From assembly GCF_009914755.1 (NCBI RefSeq), contig NC_060938.1: a stretch of 64,000 nucleotides of DNA, one strand, 5' to 3'. Positions within the stretch are counted from its first letter, which is position 1; each line of letters opens with the position of its first letter. The position numbers and the translations under genes were made by a program. The notes under the pieces are model-generated. The model was given only the letters and a program-made list of their open reading frames with translations, searched no databases and was not told the DNA's origin. This DNA comes from the human T2T-CHM13v2.0 reference genome, Homo sapiens. Positions 42,861 to 58,372 of this stretch are shown piece after piece.

Positions 42861-44057
42861 CCAGGCTACACGGTTCTCCAAGATCTCCCACCTCTAATCT
42901 TTTTTCTGCTGCTCTTTTGCAGAGTCCACTTCCTGCCCTCTCACTTAACAAAGTCATCTCTGCCCATCCACCCAGCCTGATGGTCTTCCCTCCAGTCTCA
43001 GGGAAAAAGACACACACCCTCCTGCAAAGCCCATGCTCCTCACCTGAGCCTCCTCCAGTCCTCTTAGGATCGTGCCTCTTCATCTTTCTCCTGCACCTTC
43101 AATTTATCACACTCTACTTGTTTCTTCCCCGCTCAGTCCCTAAATGTGTCAAGCGCCCTCCTGTTCTAAACAATCCCCAAAATACAACAAAACAAGAGCT
43201 TCCTTTTCCCCATACCCAGCTCAGCCCTACCTAGTCCCCACCCCACTAGCTCCACTTCACCAGCCCCACCCCATCACCCACCTCTCTCCTCTTCCCATCC
43301 AGCGCCCATTACATTACAGAATGTAATCGCTGTACCCGTCTCTACTTCCTCAGCTTTACATCCAACCAGTTGATGGGGTCTTCCTGAGTGGGCTCCTAAA
43401 TGCCCCTCTGTATCTTGTCCCATATCCCGACTCTGACCCCTTTTGTCTCTTTCCTGCATTACTGCAACCATGCCCCCATTGGGTCCCTACTTACAGGAAT
43501 AGCCTTCCTAAATATCTCCTCCACCTTAAGGGTTCAGCAATCTATTTGAAATATGAACTGTCTTCATCAAACCCTTGAGCGACCATCCACCACCTAGAGC
43601 AGGAGACCCAGCCCTTTTGTATGGCGTACAAGGCACCCTATGATCTATACAAAGGCACCCTATGATCTATACTGCTTATGGCAAGAGCCTATCCATTACT
43701 GACTCTCCGTGCTTTACTCTCTCACAGGACAGAGCTGCCCATGGTTGCTTGCTTGCATTTTGCTGTTTCTCACTTCCACCCCTTAGGTACTGCTCTCTAA
43801 AGAGAATGCCTTTCCTCACCCCAGCGCCCCGCCTCCAGATAAGCCTAGCTAACCCCTGCTCACTTCTTCATTAGGAATCATCACTAACCAACTCTCTCCA
43901 CTCCCTCAGGAGTTTATATTCCGATTATTTGTCTATGCGTCTGTATCACATTTCCTCAAGACCTAATAGGAAAGATGATGATTCCCAATTTAAGCGCAGG
44001 GCTTCTAATTACTTTAGGTAATCAAAATATTCTCTTGCTTGAAACATGAGGTTTATG

Positions 44058-44512
<455 letters not shown>

Positions 44513-45244
44513 CTAGGTGCCACACTCTGCCCTTCACAGGTGTTTACATTCCAGGTGAGAAGGAAGAACTTGGAAAGAAGATGAGAACCCATCCGCAGAG
44601 GGCTACCTGGGGCCGAGGTGCTGAGGTAGCTAGGACTACTTTAGCTCAGACCTTGGTGTGTCTGAGGTGGGATGGAGATTGAAATCCACTCCATCTCCTG
44701 ATACCGGCATAATCACAACAATAAATGATGTCTGAAGTGGACGTGCAGCAGCAGAGAACAGGCAGAGAAATGTAAAAAACAACAACATCAACAACAAAAA
44801 AAACCCCGTGCCCTTGATATTATGGGAAAAGAAATAAGGAATACACTCACATCTTAATGGAAATAGAGGAATTCAGAATTTTAAAGCCTGGTCAAGGCTC
44901 AGATAGACCTGATCAAGGACAGAGACCCCTAGGATAGTTAATTTTGGAGTTATGAGCTCTGGCAAGAATGTGAACAAAGAAGAGAGCAGCAACAAGACCT
45001 AGTGCAAACACCAAGAAGGCAAATCCTACAGCTTCCAAGCACCTCTACAGGGACTGTCTACTTTAGTCTTCCCTTCATCCCTAATCCTCATGCCTTAGCA
45101 GTCTCCTTTTGTGTTCTTTGGTTTATGCTTACCATTTGAAGGGTGACGGAGGCAACTTCTAAAAATATATTTTCATCTTAATTGAAACGTGCCAGGTTGC
45201 AAAATTCCCCTGCTGCAGGTTTCTTTTCTGAAAGAGAGTCATGT

Positions 45245-45259
45245 GCTGCCATCTTGTGG
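45245..45259 (-). promoter_or_regulatory. Candidate CTCF motif (overlapping YY1-like CCATCTT) next to a small GC-box/CpG patch
   Basis: Minus strand CCACAAGATGGCAGC fits the CTCF core CCACNAGRKGGCRG; CCCGCCC and GGCGGGGG within 100 bp. Confidence 0.5.
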
Positions 45260-45906
45260 TTGAGAGCCGCCACAACAACAATTATGTACTCCCAACATCC
45301 CGCCCAGTCCAGTGCTGGGGTGGCGGAGGCGAGGGGCGCGAGTGGCGGGGGTGATGCGGCTTCCAGGTAGAAAGCTCTGGAAAGGGTTCCGCTGCAGGGA
45401 CAATGGCAAACAGGGAATGACCAGTGGAAGGACAGGTGTCACACTGGGGACTGACCTGGTAGTAATTAGTAGCATTGGAATAGGATCCAAAGGGATTTTC
45501 CCTGGTCCCTCAACCAGTATGATTCCATCTCTAGGTGCCGTTTTCCCCCTAATTAATAGATTCTCATTAGTGGTGATTTCTTAAAAATGACCTTGTGCAA
45601 TGGCAACAACACCAGACTGAGAGTTAAGACACCCGGTATCTAATTGCCCCTCTGCCACAGACTACCCAGGTAAACTAGCAACAGAGGATAATAGAAAAAT
45701 TATTGACCTGGGACCAGGAGGTTTGAATTCAAGTGTGATCAGTCTGGTGTGTTACCTTAGGGAAGCTGTTTCACTGAGCTCCATCCTGTGCCAGATACTG
45801 TCCTAGGTATTTTACATGGTTTTGTTTGTTTGTTTGTTTGTTTTTCCAGTTTCTTACTCCAGGATAGTGTTCTACAAGTGAGAAAACTGAGGCTTAGCAC
45901 GATTGA

Positions 45907-46280
<374 letters not shown>

Positions 46281-46854
46281 TGTGGTTTATTTTTTTTAAA
46301 TTTATTTTCCTTTCATAATTGTGTATCATATGAATATGATACATATATTCATTTGTGTGTGTGCAGGGGTTACACATAGGTCAGATGGCTTAAATTTATT
46401 GTGTCCTTTGATGGTAGGGCAAGCCCAATTTTCACAAGTGCTCAACAAAGCTGCAGATGCTTATGCTGTTGCTTTTTAATTTCCTGTGTGTTCTCATTTT
46501 TCCCCATCTAACGTTGTTTCTAAAGGCATTTAAGAGATCTAACGACTCTAGCTTCAAAAGTCATGTTCTTTGATTTCTGAAGATAAAAGGGACGACCTAG
46601 AGAGGGAACACTGCCATTCTGCTGAGGGATCAATCGGAAAATTAACTTCCTTACAGGGAAGACAAGATGCTCTCCATGGCGTTGATTTAGTGCTTTTTTC
46701 AGGGCTGTTGCTACAGAATCTCGCCCGGCACAGCAACCTTGTGAGGTGTGTGTTATTCTCCTCATTTGACCCTTGAGGGAATTCAGGTGCAGAGAGGTGA
46801 AAACACTTGTTTGAGATTACACAACTGTGACTTGAAGACAGGCCTTTTTCTTAA

Positions 46855-48420
46855 ACAACTTTATTGAAGTATGATTGACATACAATAGACTGCATGCACA
46901 TATTTAAAATACAAAATTTGATCTTTGATCAGTTTGACAGTATAAACCCATGAGACCAGTACCACAATCAAGATAATGAACATATCCTTTATCCCATCCA
47001 TTTCCTCATGCCCCTTTGGAATCCCCCAGTCTCCACCCCCACACTGCCATCCCCAGGCAACCGTTGATCTGCTGTCACTATAGTTTTCATTTTATACAAA
47101 TTTTACATAAATGGAAACATATAGTGTATATGCTTTTTTGTCTAGCGTTATTGGCATAATTATCATGAGATTCATTCCTGTTGTTTTGTGTATTATTCCA
47201 TTTTATTGTTAGGGAATGTGTCTTTAGATGGGTATGCCACTATTCATTCTTTTGATGATGGACATTTAGATTATTTCTACTTTGGGGCTATAATGAATAA
47301 AGCTTCTATAAACACTGACGTGAAAATATTTGCAGCAGACCTAAGTTTTCATTTCTTTGGGGTAAAAATCTAAAAATGGAATGTCTGCATTATTTGATCA
47401 GTATATGTTTAGATTTTTCACAAACAGCTAAACTGTCTTCCCGAAATGGTCATACCAGCATGTATGAGAATTTCATACGTGGATACTCCACATCCTTGCC
47501 AATACTTGGTATGGTTAGTCTTTTCCATTTTGGACACTGTAATAGGTAGTAACATCTCATTGTGATTTTAATTTGCATTTCCATAATGACTAATGATGTT
47601 GAACATATTTTCATGTGCCTATTAGTCATTCAAATATCTTCTTTAGTGAAGTGTCTGTTCAGATCTTTTGCCCACTTACAAAAATTGGGTTGTTCGTTGG
47701 CATATTATTGAGTTTTGTGAATTCCTTATATATTCATATATAAATATTTTATCGGATATGTGATTTTTCAAATATTTCTTCTCATTCTGTAGATTTCCTT
47801 TTCATTCTTTTAATAATGTCTTTTGAGGATGGACGTTTCAAATTTTAATGATGTCCAATTTACCAAAAAATTTTTTTAGATCATGTTTTTAGTTCTGTAT
47901 CTAACAAGTCTTTGTAACCCAAGGTCATAGGGATTTTCTCCTATATGCTCTTCTAAAGGTTTTGTAGTTTTGGTTTTGCTTTTAGGTCTATGATTTATTC
48001 TGATTAATTTTTTATATGATGTGAGATGTGTATTGGAGTTTTTAAAATTTATTTACTTTTTTTGCAAACGGATATCTATTTTTTTCAGCACCCCTTATTG
48101 AAAAGACTATCCTTTCTCCCCTGAATTTCCTTTGCACCGTTGTTAACTGTCAATTGACCAGATATATGTAACTCCATTATTATAATCTCTATTCTGTTCC
48201 ATTGATCTATTTGTTTATTTTTATGCCGATACCATACTGATTACTATAGCATTATAATAAGTAGTTTTGAAATCAGGTAGATAAGCCCTCCAAATTTGCT
48301 GTTCTTTTTCAAAGTTGTTTTGACTATTTTTGGTCCTTTGCATTTCTGTACAAATCTTGTCAATTTCTATTTAAAAATTTCTGAGATTTTACTTAGAATC
48401 GCACTGACTCTACAGATTGT
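46855..48420 (-). mobile_element. Old L1 (L1MC/MD-type) 3' segment
   Basis: CTTTATTGAAGTATGATTGACATACAATAGACTGCA terminus; CCCCAGGCAACCGTTGATCTG; reverse ORF2 3' motifs. Confidence 0.8.
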
Positions 48421-49542
48421 AAGGCTCACCTCATTTTTTTTACCATCTCTCAAGTGTCACAGAACTGTTTCCTATTTTCCATGTTTTGAAAAACATTCTT
48501 TCATTTTTTTTACCCCTAGTTTTGTGGTTGTTTCAGGTAGGAATTTTAAATCCCATTCCTGTTATTCCATCTTGGCTGGAAATAGCAGACTAACCAAGGC
48601 CTTTAGACCCCAGATACCTGTGCTCTTTCCATAAGAAGCCTCACGTGGGAAAAGAAGGGTCGAGTCTCACCTTTAAACAAAGAAAAAGATTTTATAAAAA
48701 GTTAAGTGACACCAGCCTTCAACAAATGCTTAAAACACTGATCCCTAACCCCTAATAACACTGGGTTACTACACACCAATTTAAAAATTCTCAAGTTTTG
48801 ATTCTCATAGATCAAATCTTACTTTTGTTCAATTCTTTATTGTGTAAAGCCACAAAAAATGTGATCTCATGGCAAATTTACTCATTTGGAGAAGATGGAC
48901 GGGGTGCTGTTTCCTCTGTAATTCTGATAGTTCCCAAGTGATTTCGTAATACATGAATCAGAGGACGTGGCTATGTCCTCTGTATTTAGACAGAGGAATT
49001 CATTTTTCTGATAAATCCCATCGTGTCCCCAAACAGAAAGTGGAATCAAAGACTATGGGATATTGGTGGTTGTAAGCAGAAACCCTAATGATCTACCATA
49101 TATGCTTAGCTTGACTTCATTAACTTTTTGAAAATGAACCTGCTGGGAAGACAAATCTAATGTCATCCATTAAATAAGAAAAATAAAAATTAAATCATAA
49201 AAGTGAATGTGGCTGGCGTGAAAGCAAACAAAATGAAAAATGTTTTATTACACTTCCTTATTTCAAAGCAGCCTTTTAATTAAGATTTCCTCCAACAGCA
49301 AAACTAATTTGATAAGTTTATACAGCCAGCACATTTCAATTTACACTTTCAGAAAGTGACTCTTTTTCATTTATAAGGAATTTATGTACAATCTCCAGGA
49401 AGGAAATAAGGATAAAGGCAAAGGGGCACACCTCCAAGTGGGATGTGAAGATTCTTCCTGTGCAGGTGGAATAGAGTGAACAGTAACATTTTCCATTTCT
49501 TAGACTATATTTTATCCTGTCTGTTTTTCTCATTCCTAGCTA

Positions 49543-49687
49543 TTAGGCTGATGCAAATGTAATTGTGGTTTTTGCATTGTTGAAATTTGACATTTGGTAT
49601 TGGAATACATTCTTAAATGTGGTTATGTTATACATCATTTTAATGTGCATTTCTTGCTTTATGTTTTTTTCCTAATGACTAATTACT
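49543..49687 (+). mobile_element. Hsmar1 mariner 5' end (left TIR plus 5'UTR)
   Basis: TA then TTAGGCTGATGCAAATGTAATTGTGGTTTTTGCATTGTTG...ATTGGAATACATTCTTAAAT...GTGGTTATGTTATACATCATTTTAATG, colinear with the Hsmar1 consensus start as I recall it. Confidence 0.85.
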
Positions 49688-50544
49688 GTTTGAGAAATAT
49701 TGTTGGAGGCATCAGGCTAGCTCTGGATTTTATCCCTCCTTGGAGTTGTTGATGGCAGTAGGGTTCTGAATACCATTAGCATTTTCAGTTGCCAGTTTCC
49801 ATGAAAATGGGGCAGCATGAGTTTTATAACTGCTCAAAATATCAATTCAAGCTTTATCTTGATAGCCAGTGATCACTAGAACATATAGTACTGACCCAGC
49901 TTCTCGGATCTCTTAGAAGTGACTTAATTACACAATTGAACAGCTGCTAGAATCAGCCAAAGACACAGGGGGAAAAAACAGTTAAAGGAGAAACAAGACA
50001 AGATTAATTTCTGGTCTAACTCATTAAGACCTCCTGCTGTCATCTTTTGCCAAACTACTGAGCCTTCAATTTTTTAGAAAATGATCACATACCTCCAGCT
50101 ACTCTTATTAGTTCTCTTGATTTTGCAGAAATCACAACAACCCCAGAAGTCATTAAAAGCACCCAGAGCATATAATTTGTTCAAAATGGGAAAAGCCTTC
50201 CCAAAGAGACAGGACTGGTCCACAGGGCTTTTGCCCTTCTCTCTGATGGTGTTCCCAAATACCTCTTGCACTCTTTCCATTCTTCCCTCCTCCTTCTCCT
50301 ACTTGCTCTTCTCTCCTCTTTCCATCTTTCTCCCTATCCTTGTCCCCCTCTGGCTGCCATGTTGAGGCTAAAGATGGTGTATCAGGGACATAGATCTACA
50401 GCTACTTTCAATGTTCTTATTGAGCAATCTGTATCCATTATCTCACTTAATCCTTACAATAACCTTGAGACAAGGTATTTCTCCCCCTTATACAGGTATA
50501 GGAATTGAAGCTTAGTGAGGCTATGTAATTTACCTAAGGTCATT

Positions 50545-51860
50545 GTACTGGTTATTAAGCCATTTTCTTTCCGTTTCAAACCTGCCCTTTTGTACTCTGC
50601 TTTGTGATGCCGAGGTGGGGATTCTGCAAACCACATTTCTGTATGGTCAGCTGGCTGGTGTTTTGTTGGCATGCCAGAAGGACAGTGAGGCTGGATGAGG
50701 GAGAGGAGACTTGCTCCCTCCTATTTGCCTCCTGTTTCTGCCTGCATCATCTCAATAATGGTTTTTCACCTCAGCAACAGCCGTTTTCTTTCTTTTTAAA
50801 CTTTTATGTTTGAGGGTACATGTGCAGGTTTGTTATATAGGTAAACTCATGTTAGAGGGCTTGTTGTACAGATTATTTCATTATCCAGGTACTAAACCTA
50901 GTATGCAATAGTTCCTTTATCTGCTCTTCTCCATCCTCCCACCTTCTACCCTCAAGGAAGCCCCAGTATCTGTTGTTCTCTTCTTTGTGTCCATGAGTAC
51001 TCATCATTTAGCTCCCACTTATAAGGGAGAACATGTGGTATTTGGTTTTGTATTACTGCATTAGTTTCCTAAGGAAATTAATCCATCCATGTTCCTGCAA
51101 AAGATGTGATCTCATTATTTTTTAAGGCGGCATAGTATTCCATTGTGTATATGTACTACATTTTCTTTATCCAATCAGCAATCATTTTCTACCCTCCTGG
51201 AATGAACTCCTCAGAAATACCAGCACCAGTCCACTGGCACCTACTCCCCAGAAATCCAGGTCCCAATTATGAAGGGTTTCTACTCCAAGCCTCTAGGTTC
51301 TAATAACTTCATCCTCTTCTCTTTCCCCTTGCCTTTGTTGGAAACAAGTGCTCGGCACCACAAAGAAGAACCAGCACTCAGAGTTTCTCAGCAAGGCAAC
51401 TTTACTTCTGCAGAAGGGTGCTGCTTACATCCATCACAATTGCAAGAGCACACCGAACAAAGGAGAGAAGGGATTTGTATCCCTAAAGCAGTTCCTGTTT
51501 CTGTGTCCTTCCCCCTATTGGCTGGGGCTGGACCGCACAATGTAAGCTGATCATGATTGGCTAAGACTTGAACTTTTCCAAACAGGGTAAATGCACAATT
51601 TGCAGGAAAAGGAGGAAAAAAAAGGAGGCAAGAGAAGAAGAGGGTAGGGATTTACAACCTTGTAAATTATGACCAGGAAGTTGAGTCTTTGAAGAAGAAC
51701 TTAGTTATTCCAACACCCTAGGGGCAGTAGCTGCTTCCTGAAGTTATGATCTCTTTGGTGGCCCACGGTCCCCTTTTTGTCTCCAATACCAATTTAACCA
51801 ATTCCCTCTATGAAGGTCTTTTCTGTGAAATTACTGGCTTGATTTCTGTTTTTCTGACTA
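50545..51860. mobile_element. ERVL LTR (LTR33-like) split by an L1P 3' end (50790-51175, -) and a solo LTR
   Basis: TGTACTGGTTA...TACTCTGCTTTGTGATGC...CTGCAAACCACATTTC, resuming after the inserts (GTAGCTGCTTCCTG...TTTCTGTTTTTCTGACT). Confidence 0.55.
51336..51715. mobile_element. Solo LTR (LTR18-like)
   Basis: 380 bp bounded by perfect inverted termini TGTTGGAA...TTCCAACA; family assignment from memory. Confidence 0.6.
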
Positions 51861-53404
51861 ATAACACACAGGAGAAGTAGGATTAAAAAATGAATATGTC
51901 TGACTCCAAATCCAGGCCCTAAATTCCTACTCTTCCCCCAATTTGCAGCCTGGCACTCAAACAACACTTTAAATCAAGTATAATTAGGAACTCAAAGTTA
52001 TGTTCTTTGCGTGCATTCCTTGAGGAAAGCCTTAAGCATTGTCATATTGGTGATAAACATTCTATCCACTGTCAAATGGCTTTGAAAGACCTGACATGAC
52101 AGAAGTAGCATCAGCCAAGTAAGATGGAACTCTGATTAACATATTCCTAGAAAGATCACAGAGGGTGCATGCAGGCCTGGAGCAGCAGGTGGGTGCAGAG
52201 CCAGCGTGGCTATAGGCTGTGAGGCAGCAGAAAAACAATCATGTTTGCTGTGTGGAGAGTAGATTGGAAAAGAGGAAGAAGTGGGAGTCTGCATGGAAAA
52301 CTGTTGCAGAATCCCAGGATGCTTCCAAACCAGTCCCTGGGGGCCAACCAGAGCACAGACTGACCAGGTACCTGGGTGGAGACCTTAGCTGGGAGAAGGG
52401 GCACCTGGAAGGAAATTACAGAGGAAATCAACATGGAACAGAAGCCCCAGGACAGCAGGAGAGGCCTCACCTGCCGAGAGGTGCCCCTGGCGGCCAGGCT
52501 GCTGCTGGCCATGGCCCTCATGGATGAGTGGTTCTACCTCTGCCCTGACCACTTCTTCATTGCCTCTTGATGGTCCATGGCAGATGCCAGGCACTGTCCC
52601 TGTGGCCACTTCAGGATAGGACAGAGTCAAAAACCGCTCACTTGGGCTGCCCTGTGAGGAGCTGATAACAGAAGTGAGGCAGCTGAGCTGTGTCGGGGAA
52701 GGAGCTGTGAAGAGGATGAGCCTGGGCTCACTTCTGGTCACTGTCGTGGTGTTATTCCACTTAACACAGCGTCCTCCAGCTCCACCCGTGCTGCCACGAA
52801 TAACAGAAATTTTCTTTGTAATTGATAAAGAGTACCCCATTGCATCTATGTACCACATTTTCTTATCCATTCATCTGTTGATGGACACTGTGATTGATTG
52901 TATATCTTGGCTATTGTGAATAGTGGTGCAGTAGGCATAGAGTTCAGTTTGTGGGAAGCAGCCTGCCACCCAGTGTTAGGAGCCTTGTCCGCTCTATGTT
53001 TCTATCTTTGAACTCAATAATCTCAGGTCTGGGACTTTATCCTAATAAAATAATCCAAAGGCAGGAAAAAAGCCAAATGCAAAAAGGAACGCTATAGTGA
53101 TCAAAAATGAGAAACAATAACTTTAGGGGACTAGTTTATCAAATTAGGGTCCAACCACTTGACAGAATATTCTGCAGCCATTGCGTAGTTAGGAACCCAT
53201 GTGGTAACATGAAGAAAACCTTATGATGATAAGTGAATACAACAAGATACAAAATTGTATGCTATACTATTTTCAACTGCAAAATTCTACATTTATGTAG
53301 AAAAATACAGAAATGATAGAAATTGTGCTAGGGTGAAAGGGAAATGATGGACAATTTTTTTTCCTGTTTTTAAAACTCTATGATGGTATTATACTGATTC
53401 TTTA

Positions 53405-54540
<1,136 letters not shown>

Positions 54541-55347
54541 TTTTTAAAAATCACAAAATTGACATATTTGCAAGTCAAAGATGTAATGGGAACTTAGCTC
54601 TCTGCATTTCTGCTGGAAATCTAATTTCTCTAAAAGCAGAACATGCATTTTTGACCTTGTCTTACTAATCATTTTATTTTGCAGAAGGAAGAGGAAGAAA
54701 CAAAAGGAACTTCTCTCTTAGATTTAATTCTGACCTACCAGGAAGAACTGGATTGTTGAAGCAGAAGTACTGGAGTCTCTGGAGCTAGTGAGTCAGAGAA
54801 TGTCTTTCACAGCAGGGATTAAAATGCCCAATGAAAACCTTTCTGGAAAGGCTCTGATGTGGGTTCTAAATGGGTACACAGTTCTCAGAAGGTCAGAGGA
54901 AATTACAGTTTGATCCCATAATCAAATAATCTAAAAGAGAAGACAGAATGAGAGGGATGGGAGGATCTCCAAAATGAAATCCCGAGAACAAAAGAGTATG
55001 AATCTTGATAAGAAGTAAAAGAGTTTGGCTTCAAAAATACCAGTGTGACTAGCAGAGAGCAATTTAATGAGTTTAATTTGTCAAAGGACTGGGCAATAAA
55101 TGGAAGAAGTTTACGGCAGATAATCTGTGAATGTCTCTTTGTTCCAGGAGCTCTCTAGAAGTGAACAACCCAAGCTGCTTATACTGTAGTGGAGGAGACA
55201 GACAATAAACCAATAAATAAGCAACAAACCAATACATATAGGAAGTATGACAGGCAGTGGTAAGCATAATAACATGATATGTGTGTGTTGAACCAATTGA
55301 AATTGACAATATTTACCCTTTTTTTACCTACAAAAATGGCAATTTCA

Positions 55348-55474
55348 GGCCAGGCGCCATAGTTCACGCCTGTAATCTCAGCAGTTCAGAAGGCTGAGGT
55401 GGGAGGACTGCTTGAGCCCAGGAGTTCAAGACCAGCCTGGGCAACATAGAGAGACCTCATCTCTATTTTTTTTT
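55348..55474 (+). mobile_element. FLAM (free left Alu monomer)
   Basis: Single monomer with GGAGGACTGCTTGAGCCCAGGAGTTCAAG. Confidence 0.85.
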
Positions 55475-55487
55475 AAATGGCAATTTC

Positions 55488-55793
55488 TTTTTTCTTTTTT
55501 CTTTTTTTTTTGAGATGGAGTTTTACTCTTGTCACCCAGGCTGGAGGGCAATGGTACAATCTTGGCTCACTGCAACCTCCGCCTCCTGGTTCAAATGATT
55601 CTCCTGCCTCAGCCTCCCAAGTAGCTGGGATTATAGGCACCCACCACCATGCCCAGCTAATTTTTGTATTTTTAGTAGAGACGGGGTTTTACCATATTGG
55701 TCAGGCTGGTCTCGAACGCCTGACCTCAGGTGATCCACCTGCCTCGGGCTCCCAAACTGCTGGGATTACAGTCATGAGCCACCGAGCCTGGCC
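55488..55793 (-). mobile_element. AluS
   Basis: Full reverse dimer; TSD TTAAATGGCAATT. Confidence 0.9.
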
Positions 55794-57601
55794 TTAAATG
55801 GCAATTACATTTGATACAACTTACTATATTGTTAGAAGGGTGAGATTTGACACAAGGAGTGAGAGGCGACCTCTCAGAGAGTGGCATATGAGCAGAGACC
55901 CAAATAAAGTGAGGGAATGAGGCACATGCAAACTGTGGGAAGCGTGATACAGTATTAGGGGAAAGCAAGTTTCAGGAATGTGGGATGGGAATGCTGGGTG
56001 TATGTGAGGAACATCCAGAGGTCCAGCATGGATACAGTAGAGGGACTGGGACAAAGAAGTGTAGGAGGTGAGACAAGAGTGGCTGCCAGGAACAGGTCCA
56101 GAGGGCCTTACGTGACCTGCAGGTCATGACAAAGACTTCAGGTTTTTTTCTGGGAATAAAATGAGAAGCCCTTAGAGAGATGAGGACAGGGGTGATTTGA
56201 CTGGATTAATATTCTCAAATCCTGGAAAGCCTGTGGAGATGAGACTACAAAGGACCCAGTGAGGAAGCCCTGCAACCATTTATGGGACCAGTGCAGGAAT
56301 CCAGGAAAGATCTGATAGTGACATGGGAAGGTTGTTAGCAGTGAAGGAGGTGAGAAATGGTTGAGGCTTTAGGCTGTATTTTGAAGGTAAAAGTGACAGG
56401 ACTTGCAGATTGAATTAGACATAAGAGTGGAAAAAAAGGAATCCAAGATGACAATAAGAATTTTGGCCTGAGCTACTAGATAAATGGTGGAGCCATTTAC
56501 TGAGCTAGAAAGAGAGGAAAAGGTAAACATTTACTTAGGTAGAAAAGAATCAAAAGTTTGATTTTAGACATATTGACTCTAACATTCTTCTCAAGCATCC
56601 GATTTGAGATAGTGTGTAGGCAGTTGGATCAACAAATTTAGAATCAGAAAAAGAAGACAGGAGACATACATTTGGGAGTTATTAGCATACAGGTTTATTT
56701 AATGCATGGGACTGGTAGAAATTACCTGGGAAATGAGGTCAGCTAGACCATAGAAGAGGTCTTGGGACAGAATTCCAGGGCCCTCCAACCTTGAGAAGCT
56801 GTGGGGAAGGGGATCCAGTGCAGGAGGCTCAGGAGGAGGTGGCAGTGAGGACAGAAGGAAATCACATCAGTTCTGACTCCAACTCCCAGTTCTTGCCACA
56901 GCCTTCTTAGGAAGAGGAATCTGTCAGAAGGCATGGGGGAAGCTAGGGAAGGACCCACAGGAAACTCCTACTATAGCATCAATTCAAATAAACATGAGGG
57001 CTCAACTCTAGAGAGCCCCATCCACAATGAGAATGAACCCCTGAACTACCCCCACCTCTTCCACCTCCTCTTCCTCACTCCAAGTGACAAAATGGTCAGT
57101 TCTCCAAACCAAACATGATCAAGTCTGTCAGCCCAGTTATTTGAGGTATTAAAAAACCTCTTGTCTTTCAACTGGCCACAACAATTATCACTAACAAATC
57201 CTAATCAAATGCTCATCATTTTCTGGAAGGTCCTTAGAAAGCAACTTACCTCCCAGGGTGTGAAAATGTCTGAGTACAAGGAAAGCCAGAGGATAAATTC
57301 TTGGAGGGGGTGTTGGCAAAAGTACTAAAAGACTAAAGACAAAATTAATCAGGGGACAGCAAGAGGACGAAAAACAGGAGAATCCAACTAGATTATAAAA
57401 AAGGAGTAACTTACAAATAGAGGGCCATTTTGGGCAGTTCTGTTTGGGGACTTTCTCTAGAATACATGGCTGCTTAGAAGAATAAGAGACTCACAGCAAA
57501 AGAGGGGCCAATTAGGTACGTGCCAATCACAACTGCCTCCTGATTCAGGGCATTTTCACCAATTGCAAATTATAGTTTTCATTCTAAGTATCTCTGGAAA
57601 T

Positions 57602-57629
57602 GGATAGGTAGGTAGGTAGACAGATAGAT

Positions 57630-57667
<38 letters not shown>

Positions 57668-57672
57668 CATAG
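57602..57672 (+). repeat. Compound (GGTA)n/(GATA)n tetranucleotide STR
   Basis: GGATAGGTAGGTAGGTAGACAGATAGAT(GATA)~9GACATAGA. Confidence 0.95.
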
Positions 57673-57761
57673 AAAAATAGATAAATGCTGGTCCTGAAGT
57701 TTATACAATTTGTATAAAAGCTATTCAGAATTGATGGGTTTAAAATTTAATATTTGCCTTG

Positions 57762-58372
57762 TGCATTGCTGGTAGGAATGTAAAACAGTGCCATTGTTGA
57801 GAAAAACAGTAGGGCAGCTCCTCAAAAAATTAGCCATGGTATTACCACACAATCCAGCTATTCCATTTCTGGGTATGTAGCCAAAAAAAGGGAAAGCAGA
57901 GCCTTGAAGAGATACTTGTATACCCATGTTCACAGCAGCATTATTCACAACAGCCAAAACATGGAAGCAACCCAAATGTCTAGTAACAGATGAATGGATA
58001 AACAAAACATGGTATATTTATACAATGAAAAATTATTCAGCCTTAAAAGGAAAGGAAATTCTGACACATACTACAACGTAGATGAACCTTGAAGACATTA
58101 TGCTAAGTGAATTAAGCCAGACACCAAAGGACAAATACTGTATGATTTCACAGACGTGTGGTACATAGGTTAGACAAATTCATTTTCATAGAGCCAGGAA
58201 ATAGAATGCTAGTTGCCACGGGTAGCGGGAGGGTGGGTAATGAAAAGTTATTGTTACTAGGTACAGCGTTTCAGTTTAGGAAGATGAAAAAGTTCTGGAA
58301 ATGGATGGTGGTAGTGGCTGTACAACATTGTGAATGTAATGTCACTGAATTGTACACTTAAAATGGATAAAA
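57762..58372 (+). mobile_element. L1MB-type 3' end
   Basis: CATTGCTGGTAGGAATGTAAAA...GGAAGCAACCCAAATGTC...GAATTGTACACTTAAAATGG. Confidence 0.85.

Larger units (their letters stand above)
55100..56860 (-). mobile_element. L2 fragment, interrupted by FLAM and Alu
   Basis: GGAGGAGACAGACAATAAAC, GGTGAGAAATGGT, TTTTGGCCTGAGC...GCCATTTACTGAG, TTTGGGAGTTATTAGCATA. Confidence 0.75.

Noticed and set aside
43630-43672. 21-bp direct repeat AAGGCACCCTATGATCTATAC
   Set aside because: Ordinary slippage duplication with no sign of function
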